From the human T2T-CHM13v2.0 reference genome, Homo sapiens, in the NCBI RefSeq assembly GCF_009914755.1, contig NC_060926.1: a stretch of DNA of 64,000 bases. One strand, written 5' to 3'. Of the stretch, positions 34,323-52,708 are shown in pieces. Each line of letters begins with the position of its first letter. Positions within the stretch are counted from its first letter, which is position 1. The notes beneath the pieces are model-generated. The model searched no databases. It saw only the letters and a program-made list of their open reading frames with translations, and was not told where the DNA came from. The translations under genes were made by a program, and so were the position numbers.

Positions 34323-34849
34323 TAGGCCCGGCTAATTTTTTTGTATTTTTAGTAGAGATGGGGTTTCACCGTGTTAGCCAGGATGGTCTTGATCTCCTGA
34401 CCTCGTGATCCGTCTGCCTCGGCCTTCCAAAGTGCTGGGATTAGAGGCGTGAGCCACCGTGCCCGGCAACACAATGTATTTTTAGTTTAGCATTAATATA
34501 TACAGAATATTCCAGCTTTGCAATGACTGTAGAGTGAGGAAAGAGTGTTTTTTGTTGTAAACTTTACCAACTGTTGTTCACATTTCAGAACATCAGTTCT
34601 TAACATTTCAGAACATCATGTTACCAGAAGCAACTGCCCTCCCTCTGGAGTCACCAATACCACACACCTGTATCAATTTGCATTTGTAGAAGTCACAGGT
34701 GGTTCTACATAAAGATGTAAAGATGCAGACATCTGGCTACTTTGTATGTCTTTTAGTCAACTAGTATAGGTGTACCCAAACACACATATTATATTATAAA
34801 TTCCTTTTCATTTTATGATAAATTACAATTAGGTCATTAAATTGATTTT

Positions 34850-35195
34850 TCAATTGAGATATTCACATACTGTGAAACTAATCTTTTAAAGTGTACAATT
34901 CAGTGGGTTTTAGTATATTAACAAGGTTGTGCTTCCACTTCCGGAATGTTTTCATCATGCCCCAAAGAAACTCTGTACCTATAAACAGTCACTACCCATT
35001 CGTCCCCTTCTCCAGATTCTGCCAACTATTACATTACTTTCAGTCTCCATGGATTTGTCTATCCTGGACATTTCATATAAATGGATGTCCAATATTTGGC
35101 CTTTTATATCTGGCTTCTTTTACTAATCCTGTTTTTAAGTCTCATTCACGTTGTAGCATGTATCAGTACTTTATTCCATTTTATGGCTGAATAAT
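34850..35195 (-). mobile_element. L1MB-like 3' end
   Basis: ttttaaagtgtacaattcagtgggttttagtatatt...ctggacatttcatataaatgga...tttatggctgaataata is characteristic antisense L1MB 3'UTR. Confidence 0.75.
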
Positions 35196-35729
35196 ATATT
35201 GATTTTAAAAAATTATATGGGTGGGAAGTTATATTAGCTATGCATTTCATTTCAGGATAGTAAATAAGGTGTTAAAATATTTGTCATATAAAAGAACATT
35301 GGATCAGAGCCACTGATCTAGCTGGAAAGACAAGTGTATATAAAAAGGCAATTAACAACCCAAAGAAAAACATTATGTAATCAGGAGATAGTTAAACTTC
35401 CTGAAAAAAAGGATGACAGGTAAGGATTAGGCAGAGATTAAATCTGAGTGATCGATCCTATTCAGTTAATGGGTTGGCAAGTCCTGGAATGAGATACAGC
35501 CATCTAAAAATTAAACTGCCAAACTTATAGGCTGCTACCCCATCTCCAGTAATCTCTGCGAGCAATCTTTCTTTCCAGTAGGCTCTGCAGTGATGAAGGG
35601 GATCAGGGGAAGCAAAGTGACCCTACTGGAACCAAACGGATATTTCCGTGGAGGTATCCTAAGGGGATGGGTGTTGCAGAGCAAAGCTGTAAGCTGCCAA
35701 CTCTGACCCCTGGGGAAGCCTTGCCTCCA

Positions 35730-36320
35730 GGTTCCCCGAGGTTCCCCGTGGTGGTTTTGCACAGGCTATTTAGGCACATCTCGGCCGCCGTGGCGGGGCA
35801 CGGCTCAGCTGTTGCGGGGCGGGGCCTTCGCAGAGCATGGCGGCGGGCGAGCTTGAGGGTGGCAAACCCCTGAGCGGGCTGCTGAATGCGCTGGCCCAGG
35901 ACACTTTCCACGGGTACCCCGGCATCACAGAGGAGCTGCTACGGAGCCAGCTATATCCAGAGGTGCCACCCGAGGAGTTCCGCCCCTTTCTGGCAAAGAT
36001 GAGGGGGATTCTTAAGGTACTGCTCTTTTCTGTAGTCTCCGGCTTGGAGCAGAACCCCTTGGCCGCTGGCTTCAGACTCTCCCCCCCTTGCCTTCCCCTG
36101 TCCTCACAAGCCGAAAGGCTTTTCCCTCTCAGACCTCCACTCCGTGGGCTCCACATCGGGCTCCTTCAGATTTGCTCGTTCTGTCGCCCCTTCTCTCTTT
36201 CCTAAGGGGGACTTTTTCTGCTGAAGTTCCCAGTCCCCCGGTAGACTGACACCCACAGGGGTTTTTCCTTCAAGACATTTCTGTCTCTTGGTAACAGTCG
36301 CGTTTCCTCAGCAGATCTGT
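35730..36320. promoter_or_regulatory. CpG island / proximal promoter of COMMD1
   Basis: CpG-rich; GC box GGGGCGGGG at about 35816-35824, just upstream of the ATG. Confidence 0.85.
35837..36016 (+). CDS. COMMD1: COMMD1 (MURR1, copper metabolism domain containing 1) coding exon 1; intron 1 runs beyond the window end
   Basis: Translates as MAAGELEGGKPLSGLLNALAQDTFHGYPGITEELLRSQLYPEVPPEEFRPFLAKMRGILK (60 codons), then donor AAG/gtactg at 36017; Kozak AGCATGG. Confidence 0.97.
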
Positions 36321-36504
36321 GGGATCTGGTGTTTTTAAAATTAAGAGTTTTAGGTCGCTAGCTTTCCCCGGTTGTGGAAGTTGGGAGCGTTAAAATGAGC
36401 CAGTGTCTGCTGGATAAGGGGTGGCTTAGCCCGAGTGACATCTGTCAAGCAGTCCACTGCGTGGTTAAAAGAGCATAATTACCAGCTTGAAGTCAAAGTA
36501 TAGA

Positions 36505-36770
36505 CTAGATCGTCCAATAGAAATATGTGAGCCAAAAAGGTGAAATTAATATTTTAGTAATATATCTTATTTAATCCAGAATAGCCAAAGTATTATCACT
36601 TCACATGTAATCAATATACAGAATATTGACAAGATTTTTTGTTACTTTTTTCACTAAATCTTCGAAATCCAGTATTTTACACTTAAAGCACATATCTCGG
36701 ACTTGCCAAATTTAAGTGCTCAGTAGTCACATATGGCTAATAACCATCATATTGGACAACTCTATTTAGA
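36505..36770. mobile_element. MER33/MER3 hAT-Charlie MITE
   Basis: Termini gtccaatagaaatatg and catattggacaac; internal aagtgctcagtagtcacatatggcta. Confidence 0.7.
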
Positions 36771-37871
36771 CCGAGAACTAGTTATAGGAATGAATCTAGT
36801 GTCAATGTACTCTAGAGACAAACTGTAAAAAAATTACTGACTTTTATAGGTCTCCTATGTGTTAGGAACGTACTGAGATGTTTTACATGTTGTTTCATTT
36901 GTTTCTTGAAAAAAAAACCTTATATAGTGGACACCCATGGTAAAGATTTAAGAAACAGGTCCAGGGAATCTAAACAGCCTAAAATTCATTTTGATTAAAG
37001 TCAGTGTTGAAATTTAATCCACTATCCTTTTGAATTTGCTATTTTTTCAAAGCTGTTTATTCTTTAAAAGGCACTTCTGTATTTTTTTAAACTGATTTTG
37101 CCTACAGGATTTGAATCCAGAAAAAAAGCAAATGAAAACAAATATTTCACACAGTAAATGGATTGTCTCATGGAAATGTAAGGAGTAATATCTCAGGTGT
37201 GATCCTAGACATTCTAAGTAATCTTAGTTGATATCAGTCATAAATCACTAGTGAATGCTTTCTATTTCTTTTGTTTTTTCTTTTTTTGAGACGAGTTTTG
37301 CTTTGTTGCCAGGCTGGAGTGCAGTGGCCCGATCTCGGCTCACTGCAATCTCCACCTCCTGGGGTTCGAGCCATTCTCCTGCCTCAGCCTCCCGAGTAGC
37401 TGGGGTTACAGGCATGCGCCACCACACCCAGCTAATTTTTGTATTTTTAGTAGAGACTGGGTTTCACTATGTTGGCCAGGATGGTTTTGATCTCCTGACT
37501 TCGTTATCCGCCTGCCTCGGCCTCCCGGAGTGCCAGGATTACAGGCGTGAGCCACCCGGCCCGGCCAAATGCTTCCTATTTCTATCAAATTTTACTCTTT
37601 GAGCAGTCCAAGAGAGTTTCCTAGAAAATTTGACATCTGGGTTTTTGAGGTGTTTGGTCTCCTATGGGGATGAGGCCTATATCTCTTCTGCAGGCTAAGA
37701 AGAGACAACAGCACATGTGTAGGTAATGCTTTAGAATCTCCAAACATTGGGGGCTACTTCTCCTCTCTAGGTGGACGACATTTTGATTCATTTGTTTTGT
37801 TAGGAGATAAAACAGCAGGATACCCAGGGAAGAGTTTGCCTGAAAACTCTCTTATTTTATTTTTATTTTGA

Positions 37872-38012
<141 letters not shown>

Positions 38013-38362
38013 TGACTAATTTTTTTATTTTTAGTAGCGACAGGGTTTCACCATGTTGGCCAGGCTAGTCTTGAACTCCTGATAGCTGATCTGCCCACCT
38101 TGGCCTCCCAAAGTGCTGGGATTACAGGTGTGAGCCACTGCATCCGGCTTTACTTTATTTTAAATACATTGCTGAATAATAATATCCAGGATACTTGAAG
38201 TTTTCAAGTGGCTCTGTGTTGTGGAGTGGCATGGCTCTCTTGGTGTTGGGAGTAGGCAACAGAAGATTTGCAGGTGCCTGGCAGCACACTGATTAGTCTG
38301 AGGAACGAAGGGATATGCCTTTGATTGTTTTACATAGGGCTGAAACCGTGGGCTCAGGATGA

Positions 38363-38623
<261 letters not shown>

Positions 38624-40358
38624 TGATCTGCCTGCCTCAGCCTCCCAAAGTGCTGGGATTACAGGCGTGAGCCACTGCACCCAGCCTTTATTTAACTTAA
38701 AAGCAACACTGAGGGTTAAATTTCTCTAATTATTATTTTTTGAGACGAGTCTCGCTTTGTTGCCCAGGCCAGAGTGCAGTGGCGTGATCTCAGCTCACTG
38801 CAACCTCTGCCTCCCGGATTCAAACAATTCTCTGCCTCAGCCTCCCGAGTGGCTGGGATTACAGGCACCAGCCACCACGCCCGGCTAATTTTTTTGTTTT
38901 TTTGTTTTTCAGTAGAGACGGGGTTTCACCATCTTGGCCAGGCTGGTCTTGAACTCCTGACCTCGTGAGCCACCTGCCTCCACCTCCCAAAGTGCTGGGA
39001 TTACAGGCGTGAGCCACTGAGCCCTGCCAAATTTCTCTAATTCTTATGGAAACATAAAAAACAAACATGATTTTAATTTATTTTTGTTTTAATATTATTT
39101 TTTGAGACGGAGTATCGCTCTTGTTGCCCAGGCTGGAGTGTAAGTAATGGTGCAATCTCGGCTCTCCGCAACCTCTGCCTCCCAGGTTCAAGCAATTGTC
39201 CTGCCTCAGCCTCCTGAGTAGGTGGGATTACAAGCATGCACCACCACACCAGGCTAATTTTGTATTTTTAGTAGCGATGGGGTTTCTCCACGTTGGTCAG
39301 GCTGGTCCCGAGCTCCCGACCTCAGATGATCTGCCCGCCTCGGCCTCCCAAAGTGCTGATTACAGGCATGAGCCACCGCGCCTGGCACAAACATGATTTT
39401 TACACTGAAAGGTTTTGCAGATAGAACCTCTGTCTGCAGTAAGAGGGAACATACACAAATAAGCATGATGCAAGGATGTGATTGTATTTGTAAATAGAAT
39501 TGTGAGTAAGCACCTGAAGATAGATTAAGAGATATCAGTTCTTTCTGGCAGGCTTCTTAGATATGCCATTTTTGCTGCCCTTGAAGAAAGTATAGCATAT
39601 TTTAGACTGAGATGAAGGGTAGCCGTATACAGGATTCTGAGTTAAGAACATAGCATGGGTGGGGTAGGAAAAAAGCAGGTTCAGGAAATGGTGAATAGTC
39701 CAGTTTGATCACAATATGGGGGTAACCAATGTGGAGTATTGGTGGAGGAGGCAAGAAAAAAATGAAACAACCTTTTATTCTTATAATCTTGCTAACTTCT
39801 ATTGCTGCTCTTAAGCAGGATGTACATTTTTCATATAAATGACAACAGAGTTCATACTTTCAGTTATCTATGTAATATCATGGTCTGTGAAGAAAGTGAA
39901 AATGAAGGGTGACAAGAGGGTAGAAGCAAAGGAAGGAAGGAGGGGACATGTACTTCCCAGCAGGGGATACAGCGGACACACGTGTTAACAGCCTCCTTAT
40001 TGCCAACTGCCTGGAAATATATTTCACAGGCCATGTTTTCAGGTTCAGGTGCTCCCTGAGCTGTAGCCCTTCCCTCTGACTTTCATGTTGTGTGCCAAGG
40101 TGTTATGTAGTGATTCCTGGCTTTTGTACTGGTTCTGTTTTCTGTTTAGAATGGAGCCCTCCTATCCTACTTGACTGGGACATTGACCCTCTCTAGCTTT
40201 GCCTGTTAATCACAAAAGGACAAACCTTTCACCTGCTTGTAGATATGCGAAGCTGGCCATTCACTTGCTCTAGTTTTTATTTTTGGGTAGACCCTAAGGA
40301 ACAATGAAGTCAATGAATTGGGAATGGTGTGTTTATTTAAGGAGATAACATCCTATAG

Positions 40359-40778
<420 letters not shown>

Positions 40779-41084
40779 TGATCTTTATTGCTATTGCTGT
40801 TAACCTTGTGGATATGCTCAATTCCAGTAAATCCCAGTTTACTGAAAGAGCATAATCTAACTATGAAGATCAATCACCTTTTGTATACCTTAGTCTGTAT
40901 TCACTACTGCCCTCTGGTGATGATTTTGTATTTCCTCATTGGAATTTTAAACAAAAAATTTTAGGCCGGGCGCCACGGCTCACGCCTGTCATCCCAGCAC
41001 TTTGGGAGGCCGAGTCAGGTGGATCACCTGAAGTCCCTGGTTCAAGATCAGCCTGACCAACGTGGAGAAACCCCGTCTCTACTA

Positions 41085-41267
<183 letters not shown>

Positions 41268-41417
41268 TTAATGAAAATTCTCCTTTTGTGTTGTCTATTA
41301 CTAATTCATATACTCTAGTACTCATTTATATCAATCAAATGTTAATTTATCCAGGCTGGGCTCAGTGGCTCACGCCTGTAATCCCAGCACTTTGGGGAGG
41401 CCAGGGTGGGCGGATCA

Positions 41418-41636
<219 letters not shown>

Positions 41637-41829
41637 TTATTTATTTATTTAGAGACAGGGACTCACTCTGTCACGCAGGCTGGAGCGCAGTGGTGCAGTC
41701 ATAATTCACTGTAGCCCTGAACTGACCACGAGTGATCCTCCTGCCTCAGTCTCCCAAAGTGCTGAGATTACAGGCATGAGCCATCCTGCCTAGATCCTAT
41801 TTTAGAAGTCTAGAAATACTTGCAACAGC

Positions 41830-42440
41830 ATATAGTGGCCTTCCTGTTCCACTCCTGCCCTCTACAGTCTGTCCTCTGCATAGGTACCAGTGATCCTTTA
41901 AAAAAGTGCGTTATACCTCTTTACTCTCCTGCTCTCAACTATTTCATGTTCCTGGCTTCACATCAAACTTAGAATAAAATTCAGTCCTTCTGCCCTAGGC
42001 CACAGGTCCTTACATGATCTTACCCTTACTCACTTCTCTGATCTCATTTTCTCATTTCCAGCACTCTAATCTTGTCCTTATTTAATCATGTGAAGTGTTT
42101 TTCCTGTAGATATTCATGTGGCTTGTTCATTTGTTTAATTCATTCTCTACCTGAACGTCATTTCCTATGAGCTCTTCCCTGACTTATATTATAAAGACCC
42201 TCATTCTTCCTTCCTCTTACTTTTTACCTGGCTTTACTTTTTCTTCATACTTAGTATTACCTGAAATTATATTATGTATTTATCAGCTTATTTATTTGTT
42301 AACTATTCTACTAGAATGTAAGCATTAGGAGGGCAGGACTTTATTATTATTATTGTTTCTTCTTTATTCCTTATACCTAATATTGTGTCTGGCATGTAGT
42401 AGGCACTTAGTAAAAGTTTGTAGAATAAGTGAATGAATTG
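41830..42440 (+). mobile_element. L2 LINE 3' portion
   Basis: cttagaataaaattc...ctagaatgtaagc...gagggcaggact...tgtgtctggcatgtagtaggcacttagtaaa...gaatgaat tail; other L2 pieces near 27930-28350 (+) and 53480-53930 (-). Confidence 0.75.
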
Positions 42441-42542
42441 AGAGTGTTTAAATGTGGAGATTGCTATTAAAAAGATTGGCATAGAGAGAAAACATATACC
42501 ACTTACCATATGAGGAAAGCTAGGAAATGTAGTACTCTAAAC

Positions 42543-43073
<531 letters not shown>

Positions 43074-43236
43074 TGCGTGGTGGCACAGGCCTGCAGTAGC
43101 AGCTACTCAGGAGGCTGGAGTGAGAAGATTGCTTGAGCCCAAGAACTCAAGGCTGTAGGGCAGCATGGTTTTGCTTGTGCATAGCCACTGCACTCCAGTC
43201 TAGGCAACAGAGGGAGACTCCATCTCTAAAAATTTA

Positions 43237-43617
<381 letters not shown>

Positions 43618-43671
43618 TCATGAGGTCAGGAGATCGAGACCATCCTGGCTAAAATGGTGAAAATACAAAAA

Positions 43672-43798
43672 ATTAGCTCTACTAAAAGTTGGCTCTACTA
43701 AATTAGCTCTACTAAAAAATTAGCTCTACTAAAAATTGGCTCTACTAAAAATTAGCTCTACTAAAAATTGGCTCTACTAAAAATTGGCTCTACTAAAA
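43672..43798 (+). repeat. 16-bp minisatellite (ATT[A/G]GCTCTACTAAAA) x8 inside an Alu linker
   Basis: CTCTACTAA recurs at 43677, 43693, 43707, 43724, 43740, 43756, 43772 and 43788. Confidence 0.95.
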
Positions 43799-44173
43799 AT
43801 ACAAAAAATTAGCTGGGCATGGTGGCGGGCTTCTATAGTCCCAGCTACTCAGGAGGCTGGGGCAGGAGAATGGCATGAACCCGGGAGGCAGAGCGTACAG
43901 TGAGCCAAGATTGCACCACTGCACTCCAGCCTGGGCAACAGAGCGAGACTCCATCTCCAAAAAAAAAAAAAAAAAAAAAAGAGAAAAGTGTGTTAACCTC
44001 TGTTCCAAACATCTGTTCTCAAACTCATAATGTTTATTATAATATTTGGAACCCCCCTGGGCGCGGTGGCTCACGCCTGTAATCCCAGCACTTTGGGAGG
44101 CTGAAGTGGGCGGATCATGAGGTCAGGAGATCAAGACCATCCTGGCCAACATGGGGAAACCCCGTCTGTACTA

Positions 44174-44431
<258 letters not shown>

Positions 44432-44557
44432 CTATTTGCTCTTTGAGGAATTTCACTAGCTTGTTCTTTAGACTCCTGAGATCTGTAGTAAATTAAAAAT
44501 GACCTCTAGCCTGGCCAGCATAGTGAAACCTTGTCTCTACTAAAAATACAAAAATTA

Positions 44558-44760
<203 letters not shown>

Positions 44761-44841
44761 TTAAGAATGATAATAGGAAAAGATTATAAGAAATAATTGT
44801 GGTTGGGCGAGGTGGCTCATGCCTGTATTTCAGCACTTTGA

Positions 44842-45297
<456 letters not shown>

Positions 45298-46252
45298 TAG
45301 CTGGGATTACAGGTGTGCACCACCATGTCTGGCTAATTTTTGTATTTTTAGTAGAGATGGGGTTTCGTCATGTTGGTCAGGTTGGTCTCCAACTCCTGAG
45401 CTCAAGTGAACCGCCTGCCTTGGCCCCACTAAGTGCTAGGATTACATGCGTGAGCCACTGCACCCAGCCCGGATTATTTTATCTCTTTTTTTCTATTCTC
45501 TTTCTTGCACTCTGATTTTTCAAATGTTAGACCTCCTAGACTGATTATTCTAATTTTCTCTTATTTTCTACCCCATTTTTCATGTGTTTTTTTCCCACTT
45601 TTTGATTGACTTCCTTAACTTTATCTTCTAGCCTTCAAACACATTTAAAAATTGATTAAAAATTTCTTAAGAGACATAGTCTCACTCTGTCACCCAGGCT
45701 GGAGTGCAGTGGCATGATCATGTCTCACTTGCAGCCTTGACCTCTTGGGCTCCAATGATCCTCCCACCTCAGCCTTTTGAGTAGCTGAAACTGTAAATGC
45801 TCACCACCATGCCTGCCTAATTTTTTTATTTTTATCTTTTTTTAGAGACAGAATCTCCCCATATCGTCCAGGGTGGTCTCAAATTCCTGGGCTTAAGCAA
45901 CCCTCTCTCTTTAGCCTCCCAATTGCTGGGATTACAGGTATGAGCCACCACGCTTGGCCTTTTATAGCCTTTATTTAACTTATTTATTTTATTTAGTTTT
46001 TTTGATTATTAAAAATAAAATAGAGATGGGGTCTTATGTTGTCCAGGCTGGTTTTCAACTCCTGGGCTCAAGTGATCCTCCTGCCTCAGCCTCCTAAAGT
46101 GCTGGGATTACAGGCATGAGCCACTGCGCCCAGCCTATTTATTTATTTATTTGAGACAAGGTCTCACTATGTTGCCCAGGCTGGAGTGCAGTGGTGTGCA
46201 CATGGTTTACTGCAGTCTTGACCTGTCGGGCTCAAGTGATTCTCCCACCTGA

Positions 46253-46438
<186 letters not shown>

Positions 46439-47222
46439 TAATTGAATTTTTCATTTAATCATGTTTTAAATTTCCAAGAGTTATCTTCTCTTAAGAACAA
46501 TATACTACTATGTTTAGCCAACAGCCTTTTCTTTCTTTCAGACACAAGGTGGAGTATACTGTACATAACTTTCTGCATTTTGCTTTTTAAATTTTATTTA
46601 TTAAAGATGAGGTCAAGCTCTGTTGACCAGGCTGGAGTGCAATGGCGTGATCATAGCTCACTGCAGCCTTGACTTCTGGGGCTCAAGCGATCTTCCTACT
46701 TCAGCCCCCTGAGTGGCTGGGACTACAGGTGTGTGCCAACATGCCCGGCTAATTTAAAAAAAAAATTTTTTTTAGCGACAGGGTCTCCCTATGTTGTCCA
46801 GGCTGGTTTTGAACTCCTGGGCTCAAGTGATCTATCCACCTCGGCCTCCCAAAGTGCTGGGATTACAGGCATAAGCCACCATGTCTGACCTGTATTTAGC
46901 TTTTTAAAAATTTAATCGTCTCAACTGTGATTTTAAAATGCAGTATTTGGAATGTAGTATTAGGAATTTAGTCCATTTGTACCCAGCACTCGAAGTTCTT
47001 TTTAGAGGATTTTGACAAACATTTTATTGCTAAGACATTTTGGGGTATGATGTAAATTGTGAAGAAGTTAAATGCCTTCATTTAACCTCTTTATATTTTA
47101 AATATTCCAGTAGTTTGGTGTTTTGCATATTGTAGTATTATTTTAAAAGCATAATTTGATCCTGCTTGCTAAATACCTGGGAAATTTTTATGGAAAGCAA
47201 TTGCAGTAAAAACAGAAGCTTA

Positions 47223-47615
<393 letters not shown>

Positions 47616-47659
47616 TTATTAATGAATGGTATTAATATTATCATGTATTACCTTTTTGA

Positions 47660-47875
<216 letters not shown>

Positions 47876-49194
47876 TAGTAGAGACGGGGTTTCACCGTGT
47901 TAGCCAGGATGGTCTTGATTTCCACTCCTCGTGATCCGCCCGCCTTGGCTTCCCAAAGTGCTGGGATTACAGGCGTGAGCCACTGCGCCCGGCCTCGCTT
48001 ACACATTTTGGATAACATATGTTAATAAGAAGTTAACTTGAGTATAAAATAATGGATGTAGAATATATAGTCTTAAAGTGTTTATATTAGGAAACAGAAG
48101 AGACTGGTAACTTTTGACTTCTTAGGTCATACTTTTAGGTTTCATTTGTATTCTGTCTACATCCTTAACTATAAGCAGTAATTCTGTTTTTCTACTGTAG
48201 GTGGCAGTGGAATATTGGCTTGCCAATGCACTGATAAAGTATGCTAGAAGCAACATCATGTTGAAATGTTCTTTCTCTGGAATGTTTCTAGTTCAGAAAA
48301 TGCTCAAAAGTTGGCTACTCAACAATAAAAATTTATTATCCAAAAAGATGTCTAAATATTTGACTTGATATTTTTAATTTAGAAATACCATTTTCTGGAA
48401 AATTTAAAGTTCTATAAATATATTCCTTTTAGTTCTCTAGTTTTTAAGCGACTAAGTTTTGCTAATTTCACTGAACATTTTTGAGACTTTAGATGGTAAT
48501 ACATGAGACATATTATTCATTCTCTGAAGAATAGACAAATGACTGATGTTACTTTTTTATAACATTGGACGTCATATGATAAAGCAGCAATTGCAGATTA
48601 CCCACCTGGGATTTGTAGAGTATTTTAATAGACTCAGGTGACCTGTAATGAGGCCAAATGTCCTGTAAATCTTTTTTCTTAGTTTAGGGCAAAACCCATT
48701 CAATTAATCTATTTTTGGTTTTCCTTTTCTCAAAGCAGCTATTCTGGGCCTGGAAACTTGACTTGGGTTAAAGGAGTGGCTGGGTAAGGAGATTTTAAAG
48801 GAAATGTTTATCTTTGATTTACCTATTAAATACATACTAAACCCCTAATATGCTGAACCTTGCTCTATACACAAGGTAAATGTCACTGTCCCTATCTTAT
48901 ATATGATAAATGCCATGAGAAAGGTATAAATGATGCAGTCTGGTGGAGTGGATCCTTAAACTGCAGAAATATGAAAAAAAATCATGATTTTTTTGTCTTA
49001 ATAAAACACCCACATTTTTAGCTCTATCTTAATGTAGAATGCAGTTTTTATAAATTTGGACTTCTGTTATGTGGTTCATCTTTGACAAAAATTTATGTTT
49101 CAAGTAAATGTTTAAAACAATAATTTTAGAAATTTGGAGATGGTTTCTGTTACCTGTGCTTTATTTGTAAGATTAACTTTTTTTTTTCTTTTGA

Positions 49195-49639
<445 letters not shown>

Positions 49640-49995
49640 TAACTAATTTTTGTATTTTTTTTTTTTGTAGAGACAGGGTTTTGCCATGTCGATCAGGCTT
49701 CATCGCGTTTTTTTTTTTTTTTCATTGAGTAGAGAACCAGTTTTTATCTATTCACAGACAGGTTGATTTGACAAGTTTTATATAGTTTAATTTGGCTCAG
49801 CTTTGTCTTTACAAATAGATTGTGAGGTAGGAACTGGTGCCCTGAGTTTTGCTTCTTTTAAATGCCTTTATAACAGAGAATTGTTTTGCTTTAAAGCTGC
49901 ATAGCACATAACTAAATAAATTTGAATATTTTCCTCCCTAAGTTGTATACCTCTACTATTGTCTCGTCTTTTACAGCTTCTCCAATAGTTCTTTA

Positions 49996-50205
<210 letters not shown>

Positions 50206-51003
50206 TCACTTGAGCCCCAGAGGTTGAGGATGTGCAGGAGGATCACTTGAAAAAGATCTAGTACAGCTAGTGCAGTATTTTTCTGTCTTTTCTCTTTTTC
50301 TTTATTATTATGTCATTTAAATTTCCACAGGCTCAGGAATATTCTCCTGTTTAGACCTATGAATTTCAGCTGGTAGTAGGGCTATGGTTATAAGAGATGA
50401 CCTCTAAGCAATTCTGATTCTTGAGCAGTAATTTTTTTTTACACAAAAATGTTAATTTTTACAATGAAGTTGGATACTATGCTAATCAAGTACTCTTTCC
50501 CAGGAGAAGGTTCAATGGACCATCAACAGTACTGCAGAGAGAGTTCTAAAAATAAAGAGGGAAAGAAAGAACATACTTTTTTTTTTTTTTAAACTTTGTA
50601 ATTGCTTCTGGAGACTCTCCCACACTTACATTTCTGAGTTGGCCAAAAGTGTTCCTCTAAAAAAGGCTAAATTCTTTCCCCATGAAGTTAAAGGCTGAGG
50701 TGTTGCTTGGAGTGTTTAATAGGAAGAAATATATGTGGTGCTTCATTATGGGTAATTTTTACCCCTTGTTGATGAAGAAAGGAGTCCTATTCAAAAATGA
50801 CAACTGAGATGGTAAGTTAGTTACTGGGTAAAAGTAACCTGGCAGAATAAAAGCCAGTAACAATGAGCTTCTAGTACTAAAGGGTGTAATTTAGAAGCAT
50901 CTTGAACATTTAGTGCTCTGCTTGTGTCATAAATAGCCACTTGACAGTGGATCCAAATCTGTTTTGATTTTCCAGTGAGTGCAGAAGGAATCCTAACCCT
51001 TAA

Positions 51004-51267
<264 letters not shown>

Positions 51268-51274
51268 TGAGTAG

Positions 51275-51421
<147 letters not shown>

Positions 51422-51541
51422 TAACATGCCTGGCCTAAAAAATATATTTTTTATCTTCAATCATAATACAATAGAAGTAAACATTTGTAACCATTTAAAA
51501 TGTGTTAAATTCTTGGCTTTAGTCATTTACAGAAATATTGA

Positions 51542-51814
<273 letters not shown>

Positions 51815-52465
51815 TAGCCAGGATGGTCTCGACCTCCTAATCTTGTGATCCACCCGCCTTGGCCTCCCAAAGTGCTGGGATTACAGGCGTGAGCCACCGT
51901 GCCCAGCCCAACCCAGTATTATTTTGGGGGAATGGTGATTGATAGTTTGCTTTCACCTTTCTTTAACTGCCTGTTTGCATGATTCAACAAAAAACAACCT
52001 TGATCTCTAAGAAACAGCCATTGTGTTTCTTAGAGGTGCAAACTGGAAGATTGGTTTTTTAAACTATTATTTAACTTTACAGTTATTCTTGTTCTTTATT
52101 TAAATTTTTTTTCCAGGACCACTAGTAAGAAGACTGTTTTCCTGTCGATGTATTCTGTAGAATATTTTGGATTTGAATATATTTGTTACCATTTTATTAT
52201 AGTAACAGACTATACAAGAAAAATTGTAGAAAATGATCAGTTTTATAGCCCTTTTAATACAGAAAATGAGTAGGTCTTCGTTTTATAATGTTTTGTGTTA
52301 TGATATTAGAAAACTTGGTGATTTTTGGCATTTAACTGTGATGTGGAATTATGTTTTGGAGAAATCTGGGCCAATGCAGGGAAGATTCTAAAGATTTACG
52401 CTAAAAGCGGACTTTTACCTTGTTAATCTGGTTTTGAAGATTGTGCTTCCATCCTATTTTTATAG

Positions 52466-52708
<243 letters not shown>

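Noticed and set aside
36017-36205. C-terminal half of the 122-aa ORF starting at the COMMD1 ATG
   Set aside because: It reads through the AAG/gtactg donor into intron 1; only the first 60 codons are COMMD1.
43672-43798. Short repeat arrays (here and at 63385-63513) as CRISPR-like
   Set aside because: Head-to-tail units with no unique spacers, embedded in primate Alu/LTR sequence, and no cas genes.
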